Shown here: positions 63,940 to 64,000 of the stretch, in pieces | How positions within the stretch are numbered: position 1 is the first letter of the stretch | How the letters are laid out: each line of letters begins with the position of its first letter | DNA from: Nephila pilipes | Lineage: Eukaryota | Reading direction: 5' to 3' | Assembly (NCBI GenBank): GCA_019974015.1 | Contig: BMAW01101096.1 | Location: 295,229 to 359,228, forward strand | Length of the DNA stretch: 64,000 nt | Notes under the pieces: generated by a model | The model's database searches: none | Told to the model about the DNA's origin: nothing | The model's input: only the letters and a program-made list of their open reading frames with translations | Translations under genes and position numbers: made by a program

Positions 63940-64000
63940 AGATTATAACGAAACTCCGTGTATAAATTTATCTACATATTGTAGTTTCCTGATGGCATTA

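Overview
This window is eukaryotic and is not a prokaryotic island. It is very AT-rich metazoan DNA, most likely arthropod, with spliced multi-exon genes on both strands, GT..AG introns, abundant (TA)n microsatellites and a heavy load of decayed transposable elements. Two conserved host genes are recognisable from splice-consistent exon chains. The first is a three-exon plus-strand gene (391-6254) encoding a roughly 1250-aa protein with a signal peptide, LRRNT, dozens of leucine-rich repeats, LRRCT and a GPI-anchor-like tail, which reads as a chaoptin (chp) ortholog. The second is a minus-strand Ro60/TROVE2-like gene whose exons are scattered from about 38.9 kb down to 15.6 kb; its 3-6 kb introns have absorbed an LTR element, a 2.7 kb minisatellite, a SINE and other repeats. 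A third minus-strand gene (47.4-51.2 kb) encoding an RS-rich, FG-repeat protein is inferred from three phase-compatible exons. The remainder is transposon debris: two Tc1-like remnants, one of which still has terminal inverted repeats (TIRs); a roughly 2.2 kb LTR-flanked non-autonomous retroelement carrying an HSP70 pseudogene fragment and an integrase tail; a Ty3/gypsy-like gag-protease-reverse-transcriptase (RT) remnant abutting an oppositely oriented integrase remnant; mariner-like fragments including a 400-bp TIR-bounded MITE inside a (TA)n tract; a pogo/Tigger DDE_1 fragment; a hAT-family transposase pseudogene; a tRNA-derived SINE family in three copies; and several unclassified interspersed and tandem repeats. 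I found no CRISPR arrays, operons or other bacterial defence-system architecture; the repetitive arrays are satellite DNA.
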